Source: a virus (lineage: Duplodnaviria; Caudoviricetes). Taken from it: DNA of 54,902 bases. Below, piece after piece: positions 30,301 through 36,114 of the stretch (position 1 is the stretch's first letter; each line of letters begins with the position of its first letter). The notes below the pieces were generated by a model. The model had not been told where the DNA came from. It searched no databases and worked only from the letters and a program-made list of their open reading frames with translations. The position numbers and the translations under genes were made by a program. The stretch is from the IMG/VR virus record IMGVR_UViG_3300030372_004573, positions 1 through 54,902 of that record. One strand, given 5' to 3'.

Positions 30301-33300
30301 AAGAATACAGGCGGAACTAAATGGGGAAGTATATGTACCCTTCAGTTATGACGTTGTATCTATCGAGAAGGATCAAGTCAGGTTCGTACTTATGAGCGAC
30401 CTTACTGAGGCACACCCACACGTAGTAGAGTCACTCAGAGTACCCATCGACACAGAACAACCTGTACAAGAAGGACGAACAGGCAACGCTATCTATCATA
30501 GGATGGAGCAAGTCTTAGGGTTCAAACATCCTTTGTATCAGTATCACAAAACAATTACTGATCTTGAGGAAGCACTTGGATTGTTAAACCTAAAAGATGA
30601 TAGCGGGAAGAAAGTATTTCCGAGTGGGTCAGAAAGAGTTTGGAAGCAACAAGTAGAATCTACTGGATACAGATATGATTCTCTGAAAGAAGAACACCGC
30701 AAGATAAAAGAAAAATTCTTTGGTGATCCTCAAGATACACTTATCGGTCAGGAAGATATAACACAAACTCCTGAGTACATAGAAAGCTCAGAAGCTTGGG
30801 ACACTTTAATAGATATACTCCGTGCTGATATAAAAATTACAGAGGAAGATCCCGACGATATAGCTGGGCCAATACCTAACCCTGTTAAATTTTTACAGAG
30901 GAAAGTATATGGTAAAGATGCTGAAATGGGTTGGAGAAAAGGGGGTAAGTTATGGTCTTTATTCTATGGCCCTTATGAAAGGACACTAAGGAAGTACTTG
31001 AACAAGTCTGACTTCTTTAGGAAAGCAATCCAAGATGTGGTTCTTTCTTATAAGTCTACTACTGACAGGTTACTTAAAGAAACATACACCAAAAACGGAT
31101 TGGACATTCCGTCTCGGACAATCTTTGAAGCTACGGGTACCACTCAGTTTGCACCTTCAGAAGAAGTAGCACAAAGTATTCAGGATAATTATCTTAACAG
31201 AGTTGACGAAATAAATAAAGATTCTTCTCTAGAAGGTGATGAAAAGAAGGAAGCATTACTCGAAGCATACAACGCACGAGAGGCGGCTAAACAACAGGCC
31301 TCCCAAGACGTACTAAAAAGTGCTAGAAAACGTAAGAGTGAAGCTCTTGAAATAATAAGAAAAGATTCACCTGAGTTAGCTAAACATATTATTTCTTTAA
31401 GAAAACTAGCAGATAGTGTTTCGTCAGAGATAGGTAATATGATTTCATTAGCCGCTCCTAATTTGCAGTTAAGGATAGATGAAAGACTAGACATTTACTT
31501 AACAACTCAGTACAGGGCTTTTACCAGACCAAACTGGACAGAAGAATTTTTAGAGTTAGAAATGCATAGAACTGCAAGAGATCTATCATTGAATTATTTT
31601 GCAGATGAATATGTAAAGACACAAACAGAATATCTTGTAAGAGAAGGGGGTCTAGATAAAGAAACGGCTATAAAACAAGCACAACAAAACTTAGAAGATA
31701 AACCAGAGCTAAAGATGATGGCTCTTGAAAATTTCTTAAAATCCTATGATAAAGATTTTGGTGTAGATAGCTTAAAGAAAAAAGGTAACTTGCCAGCAGC
31801 TTTAAGGGGTGCTCTAGGAGAGTTTAGTGAAGAGACAAACATGGATGTTCTTTACAGAACTTTACTTAACTTAGGGACTTTAGTTTCCAAGATGTCCCTG
31901 AAAGACAAGCTTGTTAGCCAAGGTATTAAATCAGGGTGGCTTGTAACTCAAGAGAAAGCAGCACTTGAAAGGAAGAGAGCAGAGGAAGCAGGTAGGCCTG
32001 ACCCCTACGAAGATTATGTTGAGGTAGTTAAATCAAAAGACTCTTCAATATCAGAACAACTTGCAGGATCTTTAGATGATACAGGCGTAAAGATAACAGG
32101 AGAAAACTTTGAAGTTAAGTTAAACCCCGATGGTACTGTTAAAGAAGCACCAAGATCTAAACCACCGAGCTCTGATCCTTTAATTAATTACAGAGTTAAA
32201 ACAGAGGACGGATCAGTAGAAAAGAAAGGCAATTTATTAGCAAGGCCTGACGTTAAGCAAGCAATCTTACAAGTGCTCAACCCAAAACAAGGGATGACTA
32301 CTCCAGATAATGAGTATGTGCAGATTGCACTTAAACTTTTCGGGGGTATCGAAAAGAGTGTAGCGGGATTAACTGGTTTAGGTATGCTATCTAAAACATT
32401 GGGTTCAATACCATTTTACGAAAGACAAATATTAGGTTCGTTCCTTTTCTTATCCCAGAATGGAATACCAATATCAGGATACGTCCCTGAGTTAAAAAAC
32501 GAAATTGGTAGGTCTGTACTTCCTTCAGGAGTATTTAAAAAGAGAAGTTACTTAGAAGGAAGGTCTGCTGACAGAGGCGATATGGTTTACTACGCAAGTC
32601 TTAAATCTATGGGGGTTCTCGATGAAGGTATAGTTTATTCTGTTCTTAAGGATTTACTTTCAGGAAATATATCAAAAGAAGATGTTGAGTTAGAAATAGA
32701 CCACCTTAAACACCCAACAGAATCTATTTTAAAGAAAAGTAAACTGTTCCCTGAAGGGAGCACATCAGAGAAAGCTTTACAAAAAGCGGCTGCCCTCTTA
32801 AAAGGAGCAGGTAAAGTTAAAGATATTCCAATAGGTAAGGCCCAAGCTTTAGCTTTAGCATTAGATAATGCTATCAAAGTACAGGCATATGAGTATGAAA
32901 GATCTTGGTTGCTAGATGCTAGAGAGGACTCACAATCCGCAGAAAGAAATGATGAGTACAGAAATCTAAGCAGTGCTGAACTTGATGAGATGGCGGCACA
33001 GATAGTTCTTAGAACACAGCAATCGAGAAGCCAAAGTGCACCTATCGTTGAGTTCTTCAACCTACCTGTTATTAGAATAGTTACTGCTCCGTTCGCTCGA
33101 TTCTTGGCTGAGAACCCACGATTATTGGTAAACATCATGAGGCAGTCTTCTGCCGAAATGAACAGTTCTAATCCTGTTATAAAGGAACGGGGCTCTCAAA
33201 GGAATAAAGGTTTCTTATTTACTAACTTTGTTTTATACATGGCATTACCAATGTTCCTACAAAGATTTGTAGCAGGTTTAAGTGATGACGAAGAAAGAGT

Positions 33301-34231
33301 ATTAAGAAAGTCAGCCCCTGAGTTTTCTAGATTCCAAAACTTATTCTACCTTAAAAACCCAGAAGGTGAGATAGGAACAGTGAGCTTGAGTTATGTTCAT
33401 CCTATGTCTCCTATCCTTGACTTTGCGATGAGAGGATTTGAGCACACCATGAGGGGTGACATAAAAGAAGCTGTTAAAACAGTAACCATAGGTTATTTAA
33501 CAGATACTTTTTTAAATGATCAGATCTTCTGGTCTGCTATACAAGACGTTAAGAATAATACCGACAGAAATACAGGGCAGCCTATTGTAGGGGAATACAC
33601 TCCTGACGCTTTAAAAATACAACTCAGTTACATTTTTGAAAAAGGATTAGCTCCCCCAACTTTATTAGCTGCTTCTAAAGCAGTCGAAGCTATAGGTACT
33701 GATTATCCAAAAGGTGAGGAAGCCCGTACATTTTTAGGGCAACCCATATATAGCCCTCAGGGGCAAGTCCTCAGGCATTTAATGCCAGTGAAGTTTTATC
33801 CCCTTCAGTTAGAATCTATGGCTCGAAGAAGGTTCAGAGAGATCTATGATAATTTGTACATTGACGCAAAAAATAAAAATAAGTTAAGAAGATTATCAGA
33901 AGGGTTTGATCCTGAAAAAATTGATAAACTACTAAGATCAGAGTTTAAATCTTTAAGCTCAGGACTAAAAGATGCGAGGCTCGCTTACAATGTTTACAAT
34001 GATTTGTTAATGGATGAGGGATTGGTGCAGGAAATAATGAAAGGATCTCGTTTTAAAGGTTCTTTAATAGATGTTGTAGCCAGAGGATACCTTAGCGGAG
34101 AAGATCTTTTAGCTGAGGGGGAGTCCGTGATAGACAAACTCCAAGAACAAGGAGCGAGTGAACGTGCCTCCCAATTATATGAAGCTTACTTAAATATAAT
34201 AAAAGAAAATCAATTTATTGAACTAGATTAA
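15332..34231 (+). CDS. Giant (6299 aa) polyvalent internal-virion protein with several enzymatic domains
   Basis: Ala/Gly-rich ejection-type N-terminus. Zincin motifs EELIH (20534), HEIFH...YGLANLDEF (25184) and HEVNH (29684). HhH-glycosylase-like WY..SPQ..W..N..HKVRSFY..VTMDTH. SAM-MTase DWGSGMG..SQVINV..FQKGF. 2H motifs HFT/HIT. ParB-like IIDGNHRW. GHKL motifs ETIQNSYDA/DNGIGM/GGLGVAK. Helical LPD38-like C-terminus. Confidence 0.85.
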   Translation: MSENFKQKESLAFGSVTEHNTFEIDPLLKNENDEPVEPVNQLAKFAQNRIISGIAQGENVYKKLNAELENSYKRALELNPDIGSYGDWQNIVLPNTVDPKKELSLFEKLDQGLVETDGVLVQEFKKFTDDPSYVSPELAEAQDKFNNLKRIAIGTSRSEEQDPESSTSLPFVSVKDEEGQDIVLTQNAEQLTTEHDSLEKALRVSLDSGALKPRDLLAVASNLKFAEGTGKTYSDLQREYELTFKVVGFTNEILNQAQQVKERTGDSPRLYHFKGDSDLVKSLNALTLDIRLDHQELTNTTDTVDPEKRYLYEKLPAFARFALLAGTAQWEGIKSKYRDFFPKPDPLNFGVPLTPLEEPLNHALENLSEDDINFSKDKSAIAERFREKFQITNLSDDQVIESVKRALHTQLHSSGLLPYIIDEKSLFLNIKKEENFGITVHPDLFVNRKAFEKAVKQHPDLTKKDIEVVKEKRKLFYASQARELEDLIFSSAPTTKKWLEAKEKNFKLKAEDQKDLATILEEFLSDDENFSYLSDNLRSFGFSAVSSVPMIYHSVVGALGSESSTNKAIEIQLRKDEGKQLSSAFGRGGFFLDVSNVAGDLVIDLGATALSGVPANSAAKKLALEIAGKKLAAQGYKISKIKGTTNALHAAFFSTDTASKKKLAAQLLTAGTITPLKTKKYTEGIVKVLADDFAALSLSNTEKLTDLGALAFSVGAPSGLRSASYAYSSYMQALPDNLSFDEKRKRAVPLAIARGALTAAITVGASYLGRGGAEAVVAKRPSKLMELRGYKATKNALENLAKMSRATDKVGKGLLVSEVAEIAAAIARNGLRRSMLFGLGAKTVLTDLAKVGIDEGIEEGLDEFLGSFVDEYATGNNITLGERLGSTAYAGLLGLTMGVGVSGTAKVIGAASSKLGIGDTTKSTENVYRQLVDMVMEEASTLNEAASNARNAQAPLTAEVLEQNREQLLAGVAKNPVASAAVFRMSVTRDTNISEERESSEIVTVNAEDVTGVSETTNEKGETIFAVEYSPVDASGEVLTAFTKNASVTRLDVRVRENYKIEQEIIQQIEEEVLIPNVEDQNEALRTAEGIEAATNNFIKKHKVALKNNNISILIDPTEEQQQGFIDTVQGNQEYQILQGAESSVKINEEGTVFIIINTANTSEVTNSIPKQRRTTYMQSVFTEALASSFELVSIRDKYFGLEPENRGDLSLEQFINLDRLAVYEEMSQYERDWASSLILGEEVTEGLSEKVSNSSLIAATHINSLLQLDMSGQVKGVQKTAWAGKSRGGALSKNVKQKLFDILSYLRAAIRTARDSSSRAFLRNHVNFISDNLTKPFFDAVSNLSEAQQAQAIDEASQQDGEILNQKVNPIEDSPILGNVPQVSLETVPKEIKGKKESAKPSIFPEGEVGDLNFDDVEQPSESDTVIGRNAEGDLIVFQSMTLAEAEVYLSNLEKLKGNFIEQTTPVKIFISPNSTPNTDSNTQIILQTKVNSQAFSLNSVQGSPDTPSLRQAIIENPLFSKGMVENSLDGSNVVYKIEEDPDNPSSFNLYAFPKVLRFTRELTPSDIDAINTNTAAGVDPKKLSQGTALEIAKKLFDKTIQVPSNPSFSEEASAEIDINTELSSETASEDYIEPVQQTSVDGTGLDTQDPPKAKNKQREKRKKQAKKIYASLQRRLLREGTRFFEGVRESGAAAWYDRSKMAVGINPEVLYDILVDENNLAAAKAILNLAVDEELIHQISWETLSYKERQQAINELLNADRRGANALIRMVQEYNTEIQNYTPEETIQILRLGLPETDSLPAGIEDTPTNRALKDEIADYVFEELIRKHVSLVNGRGATEPDYDFLRGKDKEGKSTKKVGVLDVYKKYIENFFIGRLRAKKALRKDSKLGPYYATAVAKVAQEFKAAKEGFRRRPDYDKLDLDIDLGVYSKQSTLIGTEISTVAPEEEQREEWLSEIDPEQVKASVVKGRTVGTRSPSAKGKLGEGADPNKVVTLKDLRENPEAYKKNALILLNYPVVAREFQDDPLLEKVRKAKAPVNKAELKKQQLRQDIKSAKDRLKSDLVTYKANERSDELKPQRKQEADSLKKKYSDSQNAVKEIEREVNKLNNSLKRANKRLRETISKENKKINALIKRARSAGNETVLKELQQRKVDVKNILSNDGKTAELIEGINSSLIEARQRLATIKKLSKSNKSAFEKALKEFSKPTVNKNSIKLSASQVVTTVEQFVTDIEEGTPVRVGAKALIVKLNAINKKEKELKSAIQDAKTKTTKFGDVLKRLSKSEKAFPINTADEIYASLNDVAQQNLGMLIKLFPQDLRVYASLWYDGANIIANKFAKTFDISVEQAAAVLAVFSPQKDWYMNVSLAERTMHIFKARQAALFDGSMVSNFLRRAGEPELKYDKNGNPFYEGDAVPVYDEDGNHTTDENGVLQFDNWGSEKAKDKFELSKQVLNLGLAGKRFNEIEDISFPHKGKQKKFSKEALQARFIRMFSEAAENEALRDPKTFNVIRPDGAILERPSLSEKGAPRSIAWGSYSTIEKAIKILNADQDNSIDVISNELGLMHKVRSFYNNISDPSSRAGHVTMDTHAVAALLLKPVSGNSIEVTQNFGGQGTASDSNLGISGLYPAFAEAYRSVSFLNDTTKEEYLVREIQSITWEAVRMLFPSKWKSNKNNVRAIEELHAKYEKGIISLEQLQEQIYSFVQTSQAKGMPADEALSVTEGIQSANTVRGLGVGRPDWGQAAPVSVEAPPSEQEQFTSIRWRNLETRHADLASRDISEKQGIFKEEIAELFREASRKAEEKIPDYFSYEEPAGLLMYTDLTEEKYIYKNPKGSALDRDANLKDYKQFILTPANKYMFSPNMTPREAVLALGLKEYLIITDGTSNLEPDKVIIHVSNGTTRPYNQTGAGVEVVKSFYGEEVEVIFEAEKTDLMKAMLDPDQALKAQLERNLKKTNRFLYDRRGKLIPLSVRFAPFSEVKYEPQDVEDPIELFDTTERIIRNPYDRDARRAEYSANFIVPIANDLVTNIESILNTVIDYRNPKGEESAMVPIAKFLLETISDDMLRWRVFHDPKLTQLKDPDNRSYSSPDPDVGIMLDTGSAMVVPKDFPQAKKYTRNTKYITTPTWIKNKFNTPIDAITKWKGTIDGLDALVEGQRYLPSEDSFNYVPPIDDFGDYNNLSRKRKNVLEDYLRYHIDKYEVGETIFDSEGGTDLDEISTYTDINLKDRPDLEKYISWDYFFKFLGDNSFYKTKEGKHWLRPRPDPSGAKVSYKVRGVSPSTIIHEIFHALTQREIDRYVINTRAKGLKLYNAYKKKASDISVPEPLRELLRVYLKAVDYGDEYLELREKKGTIVKPTKSSRHISKMMNSGYKRGADKASERQFYGLANLDEFVTMSMMSPEFQIWLMSIPDLEAAQNGEARSLWDKFTEIVTNIVNHLRKDPDFVRDREVEGGANLFKSAIKSVMEVAALNGNVNRNLANMGYDSVSKWKTIKGANAGKAEAEALRKGRDESFIEEHGLNLPPVTREILSGVYKYNPEEASGTQNPATVATYKNLFPYIEDKAFSKRLTEFMAKYDVVDWGSGMGRGTNKLKEELKISIADGYITQIRKGQVNIESYEPYFVEGKGNFPPSLKRKPRKESQDLIISSQVINVLPADERAELLEDIYASLREEGQAIITTRSVGQVRDGIKEERRKLIGPAEYISSVDGKATTFQKGFDKKSLKKFIEEVLPEAVVTTTGLKISPVYAIITKPIGAGLELDSEPDIQSTKVTSKTQPLKGSLDQAFIIMLNPEGGVLNDVKEMQNQIANYGLGMIPLAEEDLHFTMVGSAFNEQVSINKNIKPDFDITLGPPQYAVEIKPKENALGMEIKRSVFARVIEQDKFKEYTDKVIGRKSPDTDRDYHITLATATGGPRSAVAYPNKNASLFFEQGPRTQFSYSKYEAGPEKMRILDTPASEAAGEAQEKLEKLRENEMFWNTAALRGDRRLNSADQAFPLRAGLTSEMGLSLPERRFLEEVPDFVKNYKQVQKVLQKTVNETGEVSRENMPIIQPQQMQAFASFVSEQTGSTVNLKQEQIPAASLKPYQTELFFPKTVWFALQYFNNLELATEDLVKRPFSLISSDNYIIDGNHRWGQIMLISPKSSIEGTRINLPVAKLLPLARKFSELVGNDRATDRGGSDLSQFTKIKGNSESFEETRAAERSAAEEQAESIASKAKLATSKKQLLSLFGPKMYKEPLGTVVVKETIQNSYDAIKDLKEINEDLKPEIEYGSWDLSRPQSMDNLQPWSWGDPVIREADDGRMGDEKDTFLAPPPEIIEDVLEQLKKGEDIKNSQYFFIRDNGIGMTPEIITSAFFTIGGTYKTNKRPSGGLGVAKMQMLNSADEIYLQTVRDGLESTVKVDNETLMAEEGEGENPFFDIVTRKTDAPSGTQIWFKFPQEIYDKKVDLTEKFAVGNLFDESISIEMNHFKPPFMFGGGDKSTFQTQKMDDLVNYDFALHRLSTPQANVDVYVHKIGRYDKAGKKISKALLPWGHRLDNGYSTIYSNGLYQFEDRLVKENPNEILGDSIPFHFIINVRPKTPAADINYPFNNTREGWSPNWGGKGDKSFYGELHPIDEEVTRLQMKYRDDYNQQRFVQEFDINKGIDGKPPTPMVPVIYNNMDFDLSEQEQNFMTDFSKVVFYVADQYLALCKEANAEGLYPMNHSDLENSVLNSEKTLENSKDPDVVSYHYGSALSKNWGGVQTNIAPRMILVNPVYHDPMFNNDGSLSGYITTKGAAAVLEDIIRHEVNHVSNKKEGANFTYGFSIQKLKYEAVEKIKENAINVIENIIINNYETFKGLRQKFVKGSTKFLNAEIQGNKFVRTFDDFNDASSGKIRSEREIVEQNFGEGVRPQDIQVTDGNISLIEAVSRRTFRHDVDFDPPSSDNVQDTRIGVQPTTDWTLYAGKQVGGLYISSEAIENGYSVLSKPANQEKKKRFEEAKVRLETYLEEERIQAELNGEVYVPFSYDVVSIEKDQVRFVLMSDLTEAHPHVVESLRVPIDTEQPVQEGRTGNAIYHRMEQVLGFKHPLYQYHKTITDLEEALGLLNLKDDSGKKVFPSGSERVWKQQVESTGYRYDSLKEEHRKIKEKFFGDPQDTLIGQEDITQTPEYIESSEAWDTLIDILRADIKITEEDPDDIAGPIPNPVKFLQRKVYGKDAEMGWRKGGKLWSLFYGPYERTLRKYLNKSDFFRKAIQDVVLSYKSTTDRLLKETYTKNGLDIPSRTIFEATGTTQFAPSEEVAQSIQDNYLNRVDEINKDSSLEGDEKKEALLEAYNAREAAKQQASQDVLKSARKRKSEALEIIRKDSPELAKHIISLRKLADSVSSEIGNMISLAAPNLQLRIDERLDIYLTTQYRAFTRPNWTEEFLELEMHRTARDLSLNYFADEYVKTQTEYLVREGGLDKETAIKQAQQNLEDKPELKMMALENFLKSYDKDFGVDSLKKKGNLPAALRGALGEFSEETNMDVLYRTLLNLGTLVSKMSLKDKLVSQGIKSGWLVTQEKAALERKRAEEAGRPDPYEDYVEVVKSKDSSISEQLAGSLDDTGVKITGENFEVKLNPDGTVKEAPRSKPPSSDPLINYRVKTEDGSVEKKGNLLARPDVKQAILQVLNPKQGMTTPDNEYVQIALKLFGGIEKSVAGLTGLGMLSKTLGSIPFYERQILGSFLFLSQNGIPISGYVPELKNEIGRSVLPSGVFKKRSYLEGRSADRGDMVYYASLKSMGVLDEGIVYSVLKDLLSGNISKEDVELEIDHLKHPTESILKKSKLFPEGSTSEKALQKAAALLKGAGKVKDIPIGKAQALALALDNAIKVQAYEYERSWLLDAREDSQSAERNDEYRNLSSAELDEMAAQIVLRTQQSRSQSAPIVEFFNLPVIRIVTAPFARFLAENPRLLVNIMRQSSAEMNSSNPVIKERGSQRNKGFLFTNFVLYMALPMFLQRFVAGLSDDEERVLRKSAPEFSRFQNLFYLKNPEGEIGTVSLSYVHPMSPILDFAMRGFEHTMRGDIKEAVKTVTIGYLTDTFLNDQIFWSAIQDVKNNTDRNTGQPIVGEYTPDALKIQLSYIFEKGLAPPTLLAASKAVEAIGTDYPKGEEARTFLGQPIYSPQGQVLRHLMPVKFYPLQLESMARRRFREIYDNLYIDAKNKNKLRRLSEGFDPEKIDKLLRSEFKSLSSGLKDARLAYNVYNDLLMDEGLVQEIMKGSRFKGSLIDVVARGYLSGEDLLAEGESVIDKLQEQGASERASQLYEAYLNIIKENQFIELD

Positions 34232-34289
34232 AAGAACCCCACACAAAACAGTGAGGGACTATAAGCCGTTCTCCGTGTAATGTGTGGGG
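34230..34289 (-). terminator. Probable terminator hairpin between convergent operons
   Basis: CCCCACACA/TGTGTGGGG stem with an unusually long internal region, followed by TTCTTTT on the - strand. Confidence 0.45.
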
Positions 34290-34381
34290 CTCGTCATGAG
34301 CACAAGACCAACGATAATCTTGCACTCATGAGGGGGCCACGTTTAAGGCCCTCTGACTCCATGACTCCATATACTAGAGGG

Positions 34382-34660
34382 CTACAATTCGTCGTCAATA
34401 TTATTTGAATTATTTTTAGGCTCTCGCAGAACCATCTCATAAAAACTAGTTATAGCAGCAGTTTTATTAGGCCCTTTATACAAAACTACATCGAATTTAG
34501 ATTCAACATTTGGTATATATGAGTGGGCTACTACTGCGTACTCGTCTTCTCCTGAGCCTGTCTGAGCATACATACATATGCTTTCATAAGGCCCCTGTTC
34601 AGGTTTCTCTAGCTTTAATAGTACTTCCCTGACTACGTTAGGTTTTGTTGCTGCTTGCAT
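34382..34660 (-). CDS. Hypothetical protein
   Basis: 92-aa ORF, last gene of the - strand unit. Confidence 0.6.
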   Translation of the reverse strand: MQAATKPNVVREVLLKLEKPEQGPYESICMYAQTGSGEDEYAVVAHSYIPNVESKFDVVLYKGPNKTAAITSFYEMVLREPKNNSNNIDDEL

Positions 34661-34958
34661 AAGTGTCTATGTGTTCGTTCAAAGACTGAAGAGTATCTTC
34701 TATATTACTCTTGTGTTGGTTAACTTTCTTTTCAGCCATAATGACTGTGGAAAAATGCCTATTAAACATCTTGCCAACCTCTACCAATGTGTGCCCTTTC
34801 TTGCGAGCGGCATACATTCCTAAGTGTCTCCACTGCGAGATAGAAGCATCCCTGTTTGGACTCTTTAAATCTTTAGTTGAATATCCTGACACAATAGATA
34901 GTGCCTCCATTATATTTTCAGAAGATGTCTTTTTATGTAGTATCATTATGTAGTACAA
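34638..34958 (-). CDS. Stand-alone DnaA domain IV-like (DnaA_C) HTH protein
   Basis: DLKSPNR..SISQWRHLGMYAARK..TLVEVGKMFNRHFSTVIMAEKKV matches the DnaA C-terminal pattern (L.S..R...R..AMYL.R...L..IG..F.RDHTTV..A..K). Start probably 34946. Confidence 0.8.
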   Translation of the reverse strand: MYYIMILHKKTSSENIMEALSIVSGYSTKDLKSPNRDASISQWRHLGMYAARKKGHTLVEVGKMFNRHFSTVIMAEKKVNQHKSNIEDTLQSLNEHIDTYASSNKT

Positions 34959-35145
34959 GGTTTAATCTTTCAGCTAGCCTGCTATCGGCTAGGCCAAGCT
35001 CCTCCCCTATAAAAACAGACCCATTGGGTACGTTTATTAACGGGAATACCATTAAGGAACCCTCCGTAACTAATCCGCAGTCTCCTATAACTGCTTGTAG
35101 CATGAGTGGTAAACCGTTTGGTCTAACTTCCCTAATTATTTTCAT
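34933..35145 (-). CDS. Hypothetical protein
   Basis: 70-aa ORF preceded by a clear promoter. Overlaps the DnaA_C-like gene start. Confidence 0.6.
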   Translation of the reverse strand: MKIIREVRPNGLPLMLQAVIGDCGLVTEGSLMVFPLINVPNGSVFIGEELGLADSRLAERLNLVLHNDTT

Positions 35146-35150
35146 ACCTA

Positions 35151-35179
35151 AATCTAATGTTTATATTAATTTAGTGCAA
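35151..35179 (-). promoter_or_regulatory. Sigma70-like promoter with a near-leaderless start
   Basis: TTGCAC-17-TAGATT, with ATG 5 nt downstream of the -10 box. Confidence 0.6.
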
Positions 35180-35197
35180 TAATAAATGTAGGGGTAG

Positions 35198-35228
35198 GGG
35201 TGGAATAAATTATTTAAGGGTGGAATAA
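35198..35228. repeat. Direct repeat GGGTGGAATAA x2, period 20 bp
   Basis: Copies at 35198-35208 and 35218-35228, just upstream of the -35 box. Confidence 0.8.
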
Positions 35229-35487
35229 CTATTTATAAAAGAAAAACATAAAATTTTTTTGAAAAACTTGGGTGCCCTGAGGATAGCTGACGATTAACCG
35301 TAGAAATTAGATAGGTGAGCATACCAAATTTCAGTGCCCTCAAAGCCTCAGCTATTTATGGAACCTGTACAGGTATTCCTGACTGGGTCTCTCGTAGCCC
35401 TAAAATACCCCCTTTTAAAGGGGCTGAGAATCGCCTGTACGGATTCCGCATGGGGTATTGCCTTGGCTATTCAATTCTGAGGGACTT

Positions 35488-35533
35488 AAAAAAACAAAAA
35501 AAAAGCGGTGCACCCAGTACAGGGTACACCGCT
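35488..35533 (-). terminator. Rho-independent terminator of the early operon
   Basis: On the - strand, AGCGGTGTACCCTGTACTGGGTGCACCGCT hairpin followed by a long T tract. Confidence 0.75.
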
Positions 35534-35557
35534 CAGTGTTCAGTGTTCAGTCTAAGA

Positions 35558-35758
35558 TTAGTCTACGGATACATCCACAGCTACGTCTCGGACATCCTGC
35601 TCTACGGCTTGCACCGTGGTTACCTGATTGAGCTCGTCTACATAAGATAGAGACTCTTCAATCTCTTTTAATATCTTCTTTAGTTTCGGCTCACGGTTTA
35701 ACCAGTACGGAGACACACCGTAAAAAGTGAACTTGTATAATTTAATTTTCATAACCAC
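35558..35758 (-). CDS. Hypothetical early protein
   Basis: 66-aa ORF coupled to the upstream gene and ending just before the terminator. Confidence 0.55.
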   Translation of the reverse strand: MVMKIKLYKFTFYGVSPYWLNREPKLKKILKEIEESLSYVDELNQVTTVQAVEQDVRDVAVDVSVD

Positions 35759-36114
35759 TTCTTTAAATCGAGAGTTAATTTTTTGATTAATGGATTAACT
35801 AAGAAACTTAATCCTAACGGAGACAGAAAACTTCTCAGCTTTCTGAGTCTCCGTATCCTACTCAACCCTAACTTAACAATAAAGCGTTCGTCAGGTGTGA
35901 GTTGGTCTACTACGTCAGTCACCGTGAGGTCACCGCTAACAGCTCTGATTTTATCCCAATCAATCTTGCGGAATACTTTCCACCCAATTGACCGTGCATA
36001 AAACAAAGCGTCCTTTCTCGTTTTAAACTCAACCTCGAATGAGGGGCAGAGCCGACTAACTAAAGCCCACTTGCCCCCCACACGGATGAGGTATGCTCCT
36101 GTAGGTCTCGGCAT
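35749..36114 (-). CDS. Hypothetical early protein
   Basis: 121-aa ORF whose start overlaps the upstream stop. FKTRKDA motif. Confidence 0.6.
   Translation of the reverse strand: MPRPTGAYLIRVGGKWALVSRLCPSFEVEFKTRKDALFYARSIGWKVFRKIDWDKIRAVSGDLTVTDVVDQLTPDERFIVKLGLSRIRRLRKLRSFLSPLGLSFLVNPLIKKLTLDLKKWL

Noticed and set aside
15754-33138. Many 60-170-aa minus-strand ORFs inside the giant gene, and similar ones opposite other long genes
   Set aside because: Ser/Phe/Leu-rich antisense shadows produced by codon bias, with no motifs or expression signals.
35315-35650. 111-aa plus-strand ORF
   Set aside because: Runs through a terminator, a poly-A tract and repeats, antisense to the early operon. 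Probably non-coding.
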